A stretch of 64,000 nucleotides of DNA from Armatimonadota bacterium (lineage in GTDB: Bacteria; Armatimonadota; HRBIN16). Each line of letters opens with the position of its first letter. The first letter of the stretch is position 1. The notes beneath the pieces were generated by a model. The model saw only the letters and a list, made by a program, of their open reading frames with translations. It had not been told where the DNA came from and did no database searches. The stretch covers positions 3,360,001 through 3,424,000 of the forward strand of contig OY781964.1 in the NCBI GenBank assembly GCA_963677485.1. The letters run 5' to 3'. This document shows positions 29,130 through 38,980 of this stretch, piece after piece. Position numbers and translations under genes: made by a program.

Positions 29130-30536
29130 TTATTGGACCGTGATACCTGCCGCTTCACGCCACGGTGCAAACTGCTTCCATATCTCGTTCTGTGCTTTAC
29201 GTTCGAACTCCACCTTGTGCCACTCGTTAGGTCGGAAGGCATCACGCATTTGAATCATAATCTCGTTCTTGGGGTAGAACAACATGGGGTCATATTCGTA
29301 AGTGCCTGCCGTCGCGCTGTCTTCTGTATCGACATACAGCGTGCTTAAAGAAAAAATGGAGCTCATCTGGTAGCTGTCGATACCGACGGAATGCCTGAAC
29401 CGGCGGATAGGCGGCACCAGCTTCCCATTGACATACAACTCCATGTCAAGGAAGTCAGCTCTATATTTCATCTTCGCCACATTGGGTGTTTTGATGCCGA
29501 TGACTGCCGTGGCGGCTGTGCCAAGAACCCGTTTCACCACGCTGGAACCTTGTTCCTTAAGCTGAGGGGTGAAGCTGATGCTGACCGTGGCCCGGCGTGC
29601 CTCATAGTCGCGGATGGTGAAATCTTCGGTGCTGGCTCTTGCCCCGCCTTTTCGCTTGCCACGCTCTTTATCGTGTAAGCGCCGCGCTTCGCCAGTCTGC
29701 CAGGCGTATACAAACGGGGTGCTGATGGTCAGGTTGAAGTTTTTCACCCCCTGCATCCAAATCGGCTCCAGCTTTTTGCCTTTAGCGGCCGATTCGAGCA
29801 TTGGGGCGGTGATGAGTTGCGTAGGGGCATCTGGCAGCGGGTTAACCGACGGTGGTTCGGCATAGCCAAGCATACCACGGGCGGCGTCGATGACGGGAAT
29901 CGCTTTTGCGATGCTGATCACGCCGCCATACCCCTGCTCAGAGCTTTCGCTGACTAAGAAGGTGCATATGCCGGCGACTTTTTTGTCCATATTCACCAGC
30001 GGACCGCCGCTGTTGCCCGGGTTGATTTGAGCATCGGTCATGATCATATTGCCGTCATATTTGCTGACCACACCTACTGCCAGGCTTTTGTCCTGGTCTA
30101 GCGGGCTGCCGATCACCAGCACACGTTCACCCTCAAAGGCCACCGTTTCCGATTTTGGATTGATCAGCGGTAGTTGGGCTGGCTTGTATTGAATCTGAGG
30201 GTTGTAGCGCAGAATGGCGATGTCGCTGGCTACATCCTGGTGGATGAGCTGGGCGAGGTAGCTGTGGCCGGTGTCAAAGCGGATCGCATACCACATGGCG
30301 CGGCCAACCACATGGCTGTTGGTCACCACCAGTCCACCTTGAGCATCTACCACAAAGCCGCTGCCTCGGCCTGTGTCGGTCATCACCGTCACGACGCCAG
30401 ATTTCAGTTCGTTGAAGATAATCGTCTCATCGCTGACCCTACGAGAACTCTGCGCATGGGCGGTCAGGCACCCAAAAAGCATGACTAAAGCCAGGGTCGC
30501 TGCCTGAAGATGAATGCGAGGTATCGGCCAGTTCAT
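29130..30536 (-). CDS. secreted trypsin-like (S1C) serine protease without PDZ domain
   Basis: GSGF, VTNSHVV, DIAIL and INPGNSGGPL catalytic triad motifs; signal peptide; unrecognised C-terminal domain. Confidence 0.88.
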   Translation of the reverse strand: MNWPIPRIHLQAATLALVMLFGCLTAHAQSSRRVSDETIIFNELKSGVVTVMTDTGRGSGFVVDAQGGLVVTNSHVVGRAMWYAIRFDTGHSYLAQLIHQDVASDIAILRYNPQIQYKPAQLPLINPKSETVAFEGERVLVIGSPLDQDKSLAVGVVSKYDGNMIMTDAQINPGNSGGPLVNMDKKVAGICTFLVSESSEQGYGGVISIAKAIPVIDAARGMLGYAEPPSVNPLPDAPTQLITAPMLESAAKGKKLEPIWMQGVKNFNLTISTPFVYAWQTGEARRLHDKERGKRKGGARASTEDFTIRDYEARRATVSISFTPQLKEQGSSVVKRVLGTAATAVIGIKTPNVAKMKYRADFLDMELYVNGKLVPPIRRFRHSVGIDSYQMSSIFSLSTLYVDTEDSATAGTYEYDPMLFYPKNEIMIQMRDAFRPNEWHKVEFERKAQNEIWKQFAPWREAAGITVQ

Positions 30537-30673
30537 GGAACACACTCCTGTATTACGGATATATCACTGCCTATATTGTACTGCTGAAAAGGCGGGCAGT
30601 GTCTATGCATATTAGTAGACCGCAACGGAGGGGCAAATGGTACACCAGCGAAGTATGTATGAAAGGGATTGAT

Positions 30674-30794
30674 CTCACGCGAAGACGCGAAGACGCGAAG
30701 GGGTGATGACCGGCGCAGGGAAGGCTGTCCATATTGATCCACAGATTACGCAGATTACACAGATTAGGTCATGACCGGCGCAGGGGAGGCCGTC
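30674..30794 (+). repeat. triplet modules A and B separated by a 24-bp direct repeat
   Basis: (cgcgaaga)x3 at 30674-30703; module B at 30737-30769; atgaccggcgcaggg(a/g)aggc(t/c)gtc at 30706-30729 and 30771-30794. Confidence 0.8.
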
Positions 30795-30897
30795 GACGCC
30801 CGCCGCACGAATCGCCGCAGTTCCGTCGTTTTGGGCATCCGCTGACCGCCAGTCTGCTACAATGAGTTCAGACAACCTGTCTGCAGGGGGGCTCCGT

Positions 30898-32175
30898 ATG
30901 AACAAGCTGAGTCATAGTTACGATGTCGTCGTAGTGGGTGCCGGACCGGCTGGAAGCGTGGCGGCGATACAGGCTGCGCGGGCGGGTGCTAAGACTCTGC
31001 TGGTGGAACAGAGCAGCCTGCCTGGCGGAACCACCACCCTGTGCGGGGTCGACTTCCCCGGGTTGTTCCATGCCTGGGGTAAGCAGGTTATCGCCGGAAT
31101 CGGCTGGGAGCTGGTCACATCCGCGGTGAAAGAGGCAAACAGCACGCTGCCGGATTTCACCCGCTACGATCTACCGCACCCCATGCTGCAGGTGAAGCTG
31201 AACGCGTCGATCTACGCATGCCTGCTGGATGAGGCCTTCACGGCCAGCGGCGTTGATGTGCTGTATCATGCGATGCCGCTGAGTGTGCTCGAAAAGCACG
31301 ACAAGCTGGAGTTGACCTTGGCGACGAAACAGGGCAGCCGGAAGTTGAGATGCCAGGTGGCGATTGATGCCACGGGGGACGCCAATCTAGTGGCGAAAGC
31401 GGGATACAAGCTCAAGCCGAGTGAGGAAAAGCAGCCTGGAACACCCATCATCCGACTAAGCGGTTATGACCCGGCGAAACTCAACTTGGCTGAGATCGAG
31501 ACCGCTTATCGCGCGGCTGTTGCTTCAGGCGATATGGAGTGGCTCGACACCGGCATGTCGCGTTCGATGGCTCACCTTCTTCAAAGCCGCGGTGAGAACT
31601 GCATCCATGTGCCGGTATCCGAGGCGGATACCAGTGAGGGCAAGTCTGAGGTGGAGCGGCTGGGACGCGCCGCGGTGCTGCGTATCTACCGGTTCTTGAA
31701 GGGGTTCCCTGGGCTGGAGAAGCTGGAGGTCAGCAGTATGGCCCCTCAATGCGGGGTGCGTGAGTCCTCGATAGTGGATGGTGAGCTGAGTATCAGTGTG
31801 GCGGACTACACCTCTGGGCGTTACTGGCCGGATTCACTGTGCAACGCCTTTTACCAGATCGACCTGCATCAGCGGGATAAAGAGAGCGGGCTGATGGCCC
31901 GTCCCTTGGTGTTTGGCACCGTGCCGACCGTGCCTAGACGAGCACTGATCCCGAAGGGGAGCCGCAGGCTGCTAGTGGCAGGACGCTGCGTCTCAAGCGA
32001 CCGGCTGGCAAATTCGGCACTTCGGGTTCAGGCCTCTTGCATGGCGATGGGGCAGTCGGCAGGTGCTCTGGCGGCGCTGTCGGTCGATAAGCAGCGGATA
32101 CCGGCTGATCTGGAGCTTGCTGATGTGCGGAAGCTGCTGCTGGCCCATCATGCGATCCTGCCCGAATCGCGGTAG
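30898..32175 (+). CDS. FAD-dependent oxidoreductase (FAD_oxidored family)
   Basis: DVVVVGAGPAG Rossmann motif, IDATGDA, GVRES, LLVAGRCVS and CMAMGQSAG. Confidence 0.9.
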   Translation: MNKLSHSYDVVVVGAGPAGSVAAIQAARAGAKTLLVEQSSLPGGTTTLCGVDFPGLFHAWGKQVIAGIGWELVTSAVKEANSTLPDFTRYDLPHPMLQVKLNASIYACLLDEAFTASGVDVLYHAMPLSVLEKHDKLELTLATKQGSRKLRCQVAIDATGDANLVAKAGYKLKPSEEKQPGTPIIRLSGYDPAKLNLAEIETAYRAAVASGDMEWLDTGMSRSMAHLLQSRGENCIHVPVSEADTSEGKSEVERLGRAAVLRIYRFLKGFPGLEKLEVSSMAPQCGVRESSIVDGELSISVADYTSGRYWPDSLCNAFYQIDLHQRDKESGLMARPLVFGTVPTVPRRALIPKGSRRLLVAGRCVSSDRLANSALRVQASCMAMGQSAGALAALSVDKQRIPADLELADVRKLLLAHHAILPESR

Positions 32176-32230
32176 TGTATCCATATATTAAGTGTATGGT
32201 CTTTACAAGACTACTGGAGGTATACCCAAA

Positions 32231-33007
32231 ATGAAGATCGGTTGTTGCGCAGGGCTAGAGTGTATGCAGACCGTCCAGGATGCAGGCTATGACTACATCG
32301 AGCTTGGGGTTGGCACGGTGAAGCCCGAATCTGCGCGTTCAGAGTTCGATCCAATTGTGGAACAGCTGCGGAAGATTAGTATCAAACCGGAGGCGTGGAA
32401 CTGCCTGCTGCCGGGTGATCTGCGTATCACCGGGCCTGGGACTGACGTAGATAGACAAAGGAGGTATCTGCGCACAGCTTTTGAACGGATTGAGGAGCTG
32501 GACGGAAAAATAGTGGTGTTCGGCAGCGGCGGAGCGAGGCGAATACCCGAAGGATTTCCGCCTGAAGAGGCATGGCAGCAGTTGCTTGATTTTGTCACTT
32601 TGGCTGGTCGGATCGCTGACGGACATGGGATCACTTTTGTGATTGAGCCCCTGAATAAGAACGAGACCAACGTGATAAACTCGGTGGAAGAGGGTATGAA
32701 GCTGGTGATGGCTGTTCAGCATCCCTCAGTCAAGTGCCTTGCAGACCTCTATCACATCATGGAAGAACACGAGCCGCTCCAACACATCATCGAGGCCGGT
32801 GGTGATCTTCGTCATACCCACATCGCCGACACCGGACGGTTCAGCCCCGGAACCGGCAGTTATCCAACACGGGAGTTTTTCGAGGCTCTGAAAAGTGCGG
32901 GATATCACGGCATGATGAGCGTGGAATGCCGATGGACGGATTTCGGTACCGAGTGCAAACCCGCGTTGGAATACCTCAGAAAAATCGATACGGAAGTGAA
33001 CGGGTGA
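32231..33007 (+). CDS. sugar phosphate isomerase/epimerase (xylose isomerase-like TIM barrel, ketose 3-epimerase-like)
   Basis: GYDYIEL, VFGSGGAR, IEPLNKNE, DLYH, HTHIAD and SVEC metal ligands. Confidence 0.88.
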   Translation: MKIGCCAGLECMQTVQDAGYDYIELGVGTVKPESARSEFDPIVEQLRKISIKPEAWNCLLPGDLRITGPGTDVDRQRRYLRTAFERIEELDGKIVVFGSGGARRIPEGFPPEEAWQQLLDFVTLAGRIADGHGITFVIEPLNKNETNVINSVEEGMKLVMAVQHPSVKCLADLYHIMEEHEPLQHIIEAGGDLRHTHIADTGRFSPGTGSYPTREFFEALKSAGYHGMMSVECRWTDFGTECKPALEYLRKIDTEVNG

Positions 33008-33077
33008 TTTGGTTGAGTTTTTGGTCTGAATACGCCGGTCTGGTTCTATTGAGTAGTCACACCTGCCTATCGTCATC

Positions 33078-33115
33078 GGTCTCCCGCTCCGGCAGCGGCT
33101 GCCGGAGCGGAGACC
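33078..33115. terminator. GC-rich hairpin between convergent genes
   Basis: ggtctcccgctccggcagc-g-gctgccggagcggagacc; no strong U tract. Confidence 0.5.
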
Positions 33116-33121
33116 CGAATT

Positions 33122-35158
33122 CTACCAGTCGCTGGGTTTGACCCCCGCCCAGGCTGATTGCGCTGCGGCGGTGAGGCCATCCCATCGCTTCTCGGGGAGG
33201 TCGCCCCAAGCGGTATAGAACAGTCCCAGAATCTGCTTGTTACCTTTGTTCTTGATGAGCTGCTCTGACCAGAACTTGCAATTGTTGGGGTCAAACCACG
33301 GTGAGCCGGTGATGTCAAAACCCTGTTTCAGCCAAAAGTCGATAGACTTCTGAATCTTCTCATTGTCGGCGGGATAACTGTATGCCCAGGCGTTCATGAT
33401 GATGTCCTTGGGAAGCCGTTCCGCCGTTTTCTCCAGTTGGAAGATGGGAGCATTCGAGAACGGGTTGAGCGCATCGTCCCACATCATCATACGGCAGTGC
33501 GGATCGGCTTCCCGCAGATACTGCCTCATGCGGATGATGTCATCGGCGACAATCTCCACATTGCTCATATGGCGGGCTTTACAACGCGCGTCCTGGTTTA
33601 GTATCTGCGGTTCGTCATGGCCGATGTGCAGGTATTTGGGTTTCATACACTTGATGACATTCCTGATGGCCTTGCGCATGAGGTTGCGGTAAAGCGGCTC
33701 GGAGGGGCAGCATGTGATGGAGCCTTCGTAGATCGCGTCGAAACTGAGAAGCAGTTCCTCACGATTCTTGATTCGACTGTAGCTAGTGATCACCAGGCTG
33801 GATGATGATGGGCTCTTCATGATGGTGGGCTCTAGTATTTTGAAGTCTTTACCTTCTTCGTAGCTGATGCGTCCTGTTTTGTCGGTGAGCACGACAGGCC
33901 CAGTTATCAGCCCCGACAGCAGCCGCGTGTCGTGACTTACGCCAGTCACCGCGACCTCATCGAACCAGATGGTGCCTGAGGCATCCTGCATCCGTATATA
34001 GACTCGGAGTTTCGTGTATCCATCTGTGAAGAACTGTGCCGACAGCTTCGTCCAGTCATTTGTGCCCACGAGGTTTTTCGTGTAGCGAAGAGGGGCAGGC
34101 GATAATCCGCCATCCTCTTTGATGCCGTAGAGCTCGATGTAGGCACCAACGATCGTATCACGGGTAGCTTTCACGTCCTGTGTTTTTACAAAGCTGCTGA
34201 GCTCATAAATACAATGCGGCTGGCAAGGCACAGTTTGCCATGCCCTGAGCATACCTGAGCTCGATCGAGAGATACGCAGACTGCTTGCCCCCTCGTGTTT
34301 AACCGTCTGGTCTACCGCAACCTCACCATTTTTGTCGAACTCCCAGCCGATCGGTTTGCCTTGCTCGGACTGCTCAAAACCAGGATTGTTGACTGATAGT
34401 GCTGGGACAGCACTGTCTGGCACTTGAACCTTGCCATTGCGGGCCACAACGGGCAGATTAATTAGCGGTATGGCCTCGGCACAGCGCGGTTCGATGCTCA
34501 ACACCGCGTTCCCATGGCCAAAACTCTGGAGTTCAGGAATGGGCTCAACGAAGTGTTTTCGGCACTCATCCGCTATCTTCTTCCAGCGAGCGTTAGCGGC
34601 GGGCTTATCCAGCATATACAGCTCAGGATATTCAAACACGATGAAGTTCAACTTCATCGAGGCAAGATACTCTATCTTCTGTTCTGGATTGGCATCACAT
34701 ATATAAGTACCCCGAAGTTTCAGCTCAGGCCAGTCGGATATCTTCAGCATGGGCACGCTGCCATCGGATTGCACAAGCTGCATCATCGTCATAAGCCCGT
34801 AGTAGAGGCCCTGCACATCCTTACCCTGAATCACCACCCAGTCTATACCGACCATCAATCGGTACCCTTGCTCCTTCGGCATGGGCATGCCTGTGAACAT
34901 GTTGTCTAGCTTGGCACTCGGCTTTACCCCAAGCCAGAGTGTGCAAGGCGTACCCGGCTGCTTTGCGGCTGTAGATTTGGGGATCGGGGCCATTCGCTTG
35001 GTCTTGAGGGCGGCGTTCAACTGCTCGATCCCAGTTATCGCTTTAGTACTATCCCGTTCCAGCACGTAATTTTTGATCTGTTCGATCCGTAGTGAGCCGT
35101 CTATACCCATCGGACTCATATACTGTGGTGTCGGTAATAACTCTGGCATGCATGCCAC
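33122..35158 (-). CDS. GH20-like hydrolase with carbohydrate-binding domain inserted in the catalytic barrel
   Basis: GH20 N-domain (QGYRL..GLYYGLMT..ISDWP..RG), PIPELQSFGH, then a CBM4/9-like insert (NPGFE...WFDEV), then LHIGHDEP and MMWDD. Confidence 0.72.
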   Translation of the reverse strand: MACMPELLPTPQYMSPMGIDGSLRIEQIKNYVLERDSTKAITGIEQLNAALKTKRMAPIPKSTAAKQPGTPCTLWLGVKPSAKLDNMFTGMPMPKEQGYRLMVGIDWVVIQGKDVQGLYYGLMTMMQLVQSDGSVPMLKISDWPELKLRGTYICDANPEQKIEYLASMKLNFIVFEYPELYMLDKPAANARWKKIADECRKHFVEPIPELQSFGHGNAVLSIEPRCAEAIPLINLPVVARNGKVQVPDSAVPALSVNNPGFEQSEQGKPIGWEFDKNGEVAVDQTVKHEGASSLRISRSSSGMLRAWQTVPCQPHCIYELSSFVKTQDVKATRDTIVGAYIELYGIKEDGGLSPAPLRYTKNLVGTNDWTKLSAQFFTDGYTKLRVYIRMQDASGTIWFDEVAVTGVSHDTRLLSGLITGPVVLTDKTGRISYEEGKDFKILEPTIMKSPSSSSLVITSYSRIKNREELLLSFDAIYEGSITCCPSEPLYRNLMRKAIRNVIKCMKPKYLHIGHDEPQILNQDARCKARHMSNVEIVADDIIRMRQYLREADPHCRMMMWDDALNPFSNAPIFQLEKTAERLPKDIIMNAWAYSYPADNEKIQKSIDFWLKQGFDITGSPWFDPNNCKFWSEQLIKNKGNKQILGLFYTAWGDLPEKRWDGLTAAAQSAWAGVKPSDW

Positions 35159-35392
35159 CCCTCTATCTGACGCTGGTGTTGCTATCTCTACTAAAGGATA
35201 CCATCAATATTCTTGTAACTGGTCGTATGGGCGTCCACGACCGTATAAATAACGGTGTGGGATGCCATGAACTCAAGTGCGGTGCTATTTGGTAGTCATA
35301 TGAGGCAATATGATATATGCCTGCACGCCTGTTATACAATATCACTGTGTCGGAATTCGATCATGAATGTGTCTGTCAAGAGGTGTGCGTAA

Positions 35393-36658
35393 GTGGTGTC
35401 CGCTCCAGAGCAAAAGTCATATAAGCTGACGATCTATGCCTGCTATTTAGGCTTTTTCGCCCAGGCGATAGTCATCAACCTCACCCCGATCTTGTTCATC
35501 CCACTGCGGAGGCTGTATGGGCTGTCCTACGAGCAGCTTGGCTTGCTGGTGTTCATCAACTTCACCACCCAGGTGATCTGTGATTTGGCATTCCACCGCG
35601 TGGTCGACAAATACGGGTACAGGCCATTCATCCTTGCCGCCAATGTTCTGAAGGTGATCGGATTTTTGGTCTTCGCCACGGCACCCAGCCTATTCAGCCA
35701 CCCCTACACGGGCTTCATCATCGGCACGATCATCTTCTCGGGAGCAGGCGGCCTGTTCGAGGTGCTGCTGAGCCCCATCGTGAATTCCATACCCACCGAT
35801 GAGAAGGCGACGGCGATGAGTGTGCTCCATTCCTTCTACGCGTGGGGGCAACTATCGGTCATACTTTTTACCACATTGATGGTCTATTACCTTGGCATCC
35901 ATTCCTGGCAATTAATCATCCTGATGTGGTTGATCGTGCCGTCTGTCAACTTTGTGATGTTTTTGAAGGCCCCGTTGGGACCGCTGGTGCCTGATGATGT
36001 CAGGCTGAGCAACCGATCGCTTGTGCGGAAGCCGTTCTTCGTGCTGGCTTTCCTGGCGATTATTTTTGGTGGAGCCTCGGAGCAGGTCGCGGCCCAATGG
36101 ACTTCTGCATTCCTTGAGATGGGGCTGAACATCCCCAAGGTGGTTGGTGATGTGGCAGGCGTCTGTTCATTTGCATTTTGCCTGGGTGTCACGCGGCTGC
36201 TGTATGGAATATTCGGCCAGAAGATTAACCTGCGGAAGGTGATGGTCTACGGTTCTCTGGTGGCGATGGGCTGTTATGTGGTCATCGCCTTCTCGCACAG
36301 TGCGGTGCTTTCATTCGCAGCCTGCATGGTGTGTGGATTTTCGGTCAGCTTGTTGTGGCCTGGCACGCTGGTCATCACCGCCGAACGGTACCCGCTGGCT
36401 GGGACCGGGCTGTTCGCCATGCTGGCCGCCGGTGGGGATGTGGGCTGCGCTTTGGGCCCCTGGATGACTGGTGTGGTGATAGAAACCTCTCAACGCACGC
36501 AATGGCTGCAGAACCTGGCCAAAGCCGGCGGTGACAACCTGGAGCAGCTTGGGCTGCGTTCGGGAATGCTGGCCGCAGCGATCATCCCGCTGGTGGCTTT
36601 CATTTGCATGTCTCGGCTGAGCAAGATCAAGCTGAAGGCAGAGCAAGTATCTGGATAG
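35393..36658 (+). CDS. MFS transporter (fucose permease-like)
   Basis: About 12 transmembrane helices; MFS motif VDKYGYR. Confidence 0.88.
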   Translation: MVSAPEQKSYKLTIYACYLGFFAQAIVINLTPILFIPLRRLYGLSYEQLGLLVFINFTTQVICDLAFHRVVDKYGYRPFILAANVLKVIGFLVFATAPSLFSHPYTGFIIGTIIFSGAGGLFEVLLSPIVNSIPTDEKATAMSVLHSFYAWGQLSVILFTTLMVYYLGIHSWQLIILMWLIVPSVNFVMFLKAPLGPLVPDDVRLSNRSLVRKPFFVLAFLAIIFGGASEQVAAQWTSAFLEMGLNIPKVVGDVAGVCSFAFCLGVTRLLYGIFGQKINLRKVMVYGSLVAMGCYVVIAFSHSAVLSFAACMVCGFSVSLLWPGTLVITAERYPLAGTGLFAMLAAGGDVGCALGPWMTGVVIETSQRTQWLQNLAKAGGDNLEQLGLRSGMLAAAIIPLVAFICMSRLSKIKLKAEQVSG

Positions 36659-36734
36659 TTACCGATCGTCACGAATAAATGCATCAAACCAGCAATCACA
36701 ATAGTTGGCTGGAGTAAAATAAACGGAGTTATCA

Positions 36735-38816
36735 ATGCAGTTTGAGTCACAGTTCGATTTCTTCCCTTTCGGCACCCAGTATTACCGCGAGCCAACCCCG
36801 TTGCCGGAGGAGTGGGAGCATGACCTTAGCGAAATCGCCAGAGCAGGGTATACCCACATCCAGTTGCGCCCGCAGTGGATCTGCCACGAGCGGATTCGCG
36901 GGCAAGAAACCTGGGATGACATCGACCAACTGTTTGACCTTGCGCAGAAATACAACCTTAAGGTGATCTTGAAGCCCATGATGGAGTGCGCTCCCGACTG
37001 GGTCTACACCGAGCTTAATGGCTATCGGATTGGGTTTGGCGGAGAACGAATCTCGCCCGAAGGTCATGGCGCGTTCTACGCGGGCGGCTGGCTGCCGTGC
37101 TTCGACAACCCGCTGGTGCGGGAAGCCGCTTCAAGTTTCGTGCAGCACATGGCAGAGCGTTACCGAAATCACCCCGCACTGTGGTTCTACAACGCCTGGA
37201 ATGAGCCTCGCAGCCGTCCGTTGGGTCAGTGCCAGTGTGAGCATTCGGTGCGCAGCTATCGGCAGTGGCTGCAGCAGCGGTTCGGAAGCATCGAACAACT
37301 GAACACAGCCCTGGGCAAATACTGGACATCATACGACACGCTCAATCCTCCGCAGACAGCATGGGATTATGTGCAAATGTATATGTGGCGTCAGTGGGCT
37401 GCCGATGCTGTGGCCACTCATGTTAAACTGGTGACCGATGCCATCAAATGCGGTGATCCGAAAGCATTTGTGATGACACACGTAGGTGGCTGTTCTGTCA
37501 TTCAAGATCCTTGCTGCGATGCCAGTGATGATCTGGCGAATGCTCGCATGGTCGACCGTTACGGTACCAGCTACCCCGTGAACCTGCGCCCCCATTCCAT
37601 CGCCGACAACCACGGTGGCGATCTGATCTCTGACTGGTTGCGGCGGGTCGATGCCAACTACTGGTGCCATGAGTTCTACACGAATGAGGGTAACTGGTCT
37701 GTGCCGCCCACGCCGGAGGCGTTGAACCGGCTTGTTTGGCTTGCCGTTTCTGGCGGAACAGTCGGCTTTACTTTCTGGCAGTATCGCAGTGAGCGTGTGG
37801 GCAACGAGACCAACGGGTTTGGGATGCGCAACATCGACGGTACCGAGACGGAGCGCAGTATAGTTTGCGACGATATCGCCGAGATACTCCGAGACAAAGG
37901 TGCTGCCTTGGTAGACACCCATCGTGCGGAATCCAAGCTGAAGCTGATGTATAACCGTCATGCCGATGTGATGGCACGCGTGCAAAGCCTGACTAAAGAC
38001 GAGGTGACGGTACTAGGTAACTGCCTTGAGAATGGGGGAGGCAGCTTCTACAAACAGGCGCTGCACGGTGCTCACCGTTCCTACATGCTGGCAGGTGAGT
38101 GTTTAGATTTCGTTGTTCCGGGTGACCACCTGGACAGCGGTGATATGCTTCACGTGACAGCCGATGAGATGTGTGACCAAGCCACCGCGGATTGGCTGAT
38201 GCAGTTTGTGGCCGACGGGGGACGGTTGGTGGTCGAAATGCCATTTGCCTGCCGCGATGCCAACACCTGGGTGAGCGCCGCTCGGCCAAACCACGGTCTG
38301 GGGCGCCTACTTGGCTGCACTGAGATCGAGCGAATCCAGAGCCGGCATTCGAGCGCAGACACAGTCACGTTCGATGACGGCACCCAGATCACTGCAAGCC
38401 ACTGGAAGGTGGAGTTGCAGCCCACAGACGGTCAGGTGCTTGCCACCTGGGGTGATGGCTCCGCTGCGGTGGTGCTCAACCGGTATGGCAAGGGGCAGGT
38501 TCTCACCTGCGGCATCAACCTGAGCATGGCCTGCGGAGAACAACCAGACGATCCTGCGGTGCAGACGTTGCACAGGTTGATACGCGAGCATCTTGGTGTG
38601 CCCATCGGTGCTGCGAAGCTGCCCGTTGGCGTGTGGGTCAGGCGGCGCGTGGCTGAGGGACGCGAGGTGTGGTTCGTGTTTAACCTCACGAGCGATGAGC
38701 AGCATGTGGATCTGGCTTGCACCCCCGCGGACATCTGGCAGAATGGGGGATGCAGCCTGGATGGAGGCTGCTTGACGATGCCACCGCAATCGACCTGGGT
38801 GGCGAAGATGCGGTGA
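36735..38816 (+). CDS. beta-galactosidase, GH42-like
   Basis: FGTQYYREP, WNEP acid/base, Cys cluster, WCHE nucleophile region and a trimerisation-type C-terminal domain. Confidence 0.85.
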   Translation: MQFESQFDFFPFGTQYYREPTPLPEEWEHDLSEIARAGYTHIQLRPQWICHERIRGQETWDDIDQLFDLAQKYNLKVILKPMMECAPDWVYTELNGYRIGFGGERISPEGHGAFYAGGWLPCFDNPLVREAASSFVQHMAERYRNHPALWFYNAWNEPRSRPLGQCQCEHSVRSYRQWLQQRFGSIEQLNTALGKYWTSYDTLNPPQTAWDYVQMYMWRQWAADAVATHVKLVTDAIKCGDPKAFVMTHVGGCSVIQDPCCDASDDLANARMVDRYGTSYPVNLRPHSIADNHGGDLISDWLRRVDANYWCHEFYTNEGNWSVPPTPEALNRLVWLAVSGGTVGFTFWQYRSERVGNETNGFGMRNIDGTETERSIVCDDIAEILRDKGAALVDTHRAESKLKLMYNRHADVMARVQSLTKDEVTVLGNCLENGGGSFYKQALHGAHRSYMLAGECLDFVVPGDHLDSGDMLHVTADEMCDQATADWLMQFVADGGRLVVEMPFACRDANTWVSAARPNHGLGRLLGCTEIERIQSRHSSADTVTFDDGTQITASHWKVELQPTDGQVLATWGDGSAAVVLNRYGKGQVLTCGINLSMACGEQPDDPAVQTLHRLIREHLGVPIGAAKLPVGVWVRRRVAEGREVWFVFNLTSDEQHVDLACTPADIWQNGGCSLDGGCLTMPPQSTWVAKMR

Positions 38817-38839
38817 TACGCCTGCACATCAACGATGTG

Positions 38840-38876
38840 TTAATCCCGTCTTGGTTGTATGACCAAGGCGGGTTAA
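38840..38876. terminator. hairpin downstream of GH42
   Basis: ttaatcccgtcttggt-tgtatg-accaaggcgggttaa. Confidence 0.45.
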
Positions 38877-38980
38877 TCACTGTGGGTTCTTTCCAGACTG
38901 TGGGATGACTGCTCGTGGGTCTCTGTCACCCACACAGGGCTCAAGCGGTTGAACGATCATGACGATAAAGGAGTGGTCAT

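Noticed and set aside
30706-30794. CRISPR-like repeat-spacer-repeat
   Set aside because: Only two repeats, no cas genes or leader, and the 'spacer' is itself a dispersed repeat.
35163-35345. Frameshifted signal peptide for the GH20-like gene
   Set aside because: The upstream frames encode no convincing hydrophobic leader, and a purine-rich RBS precedes the called start.
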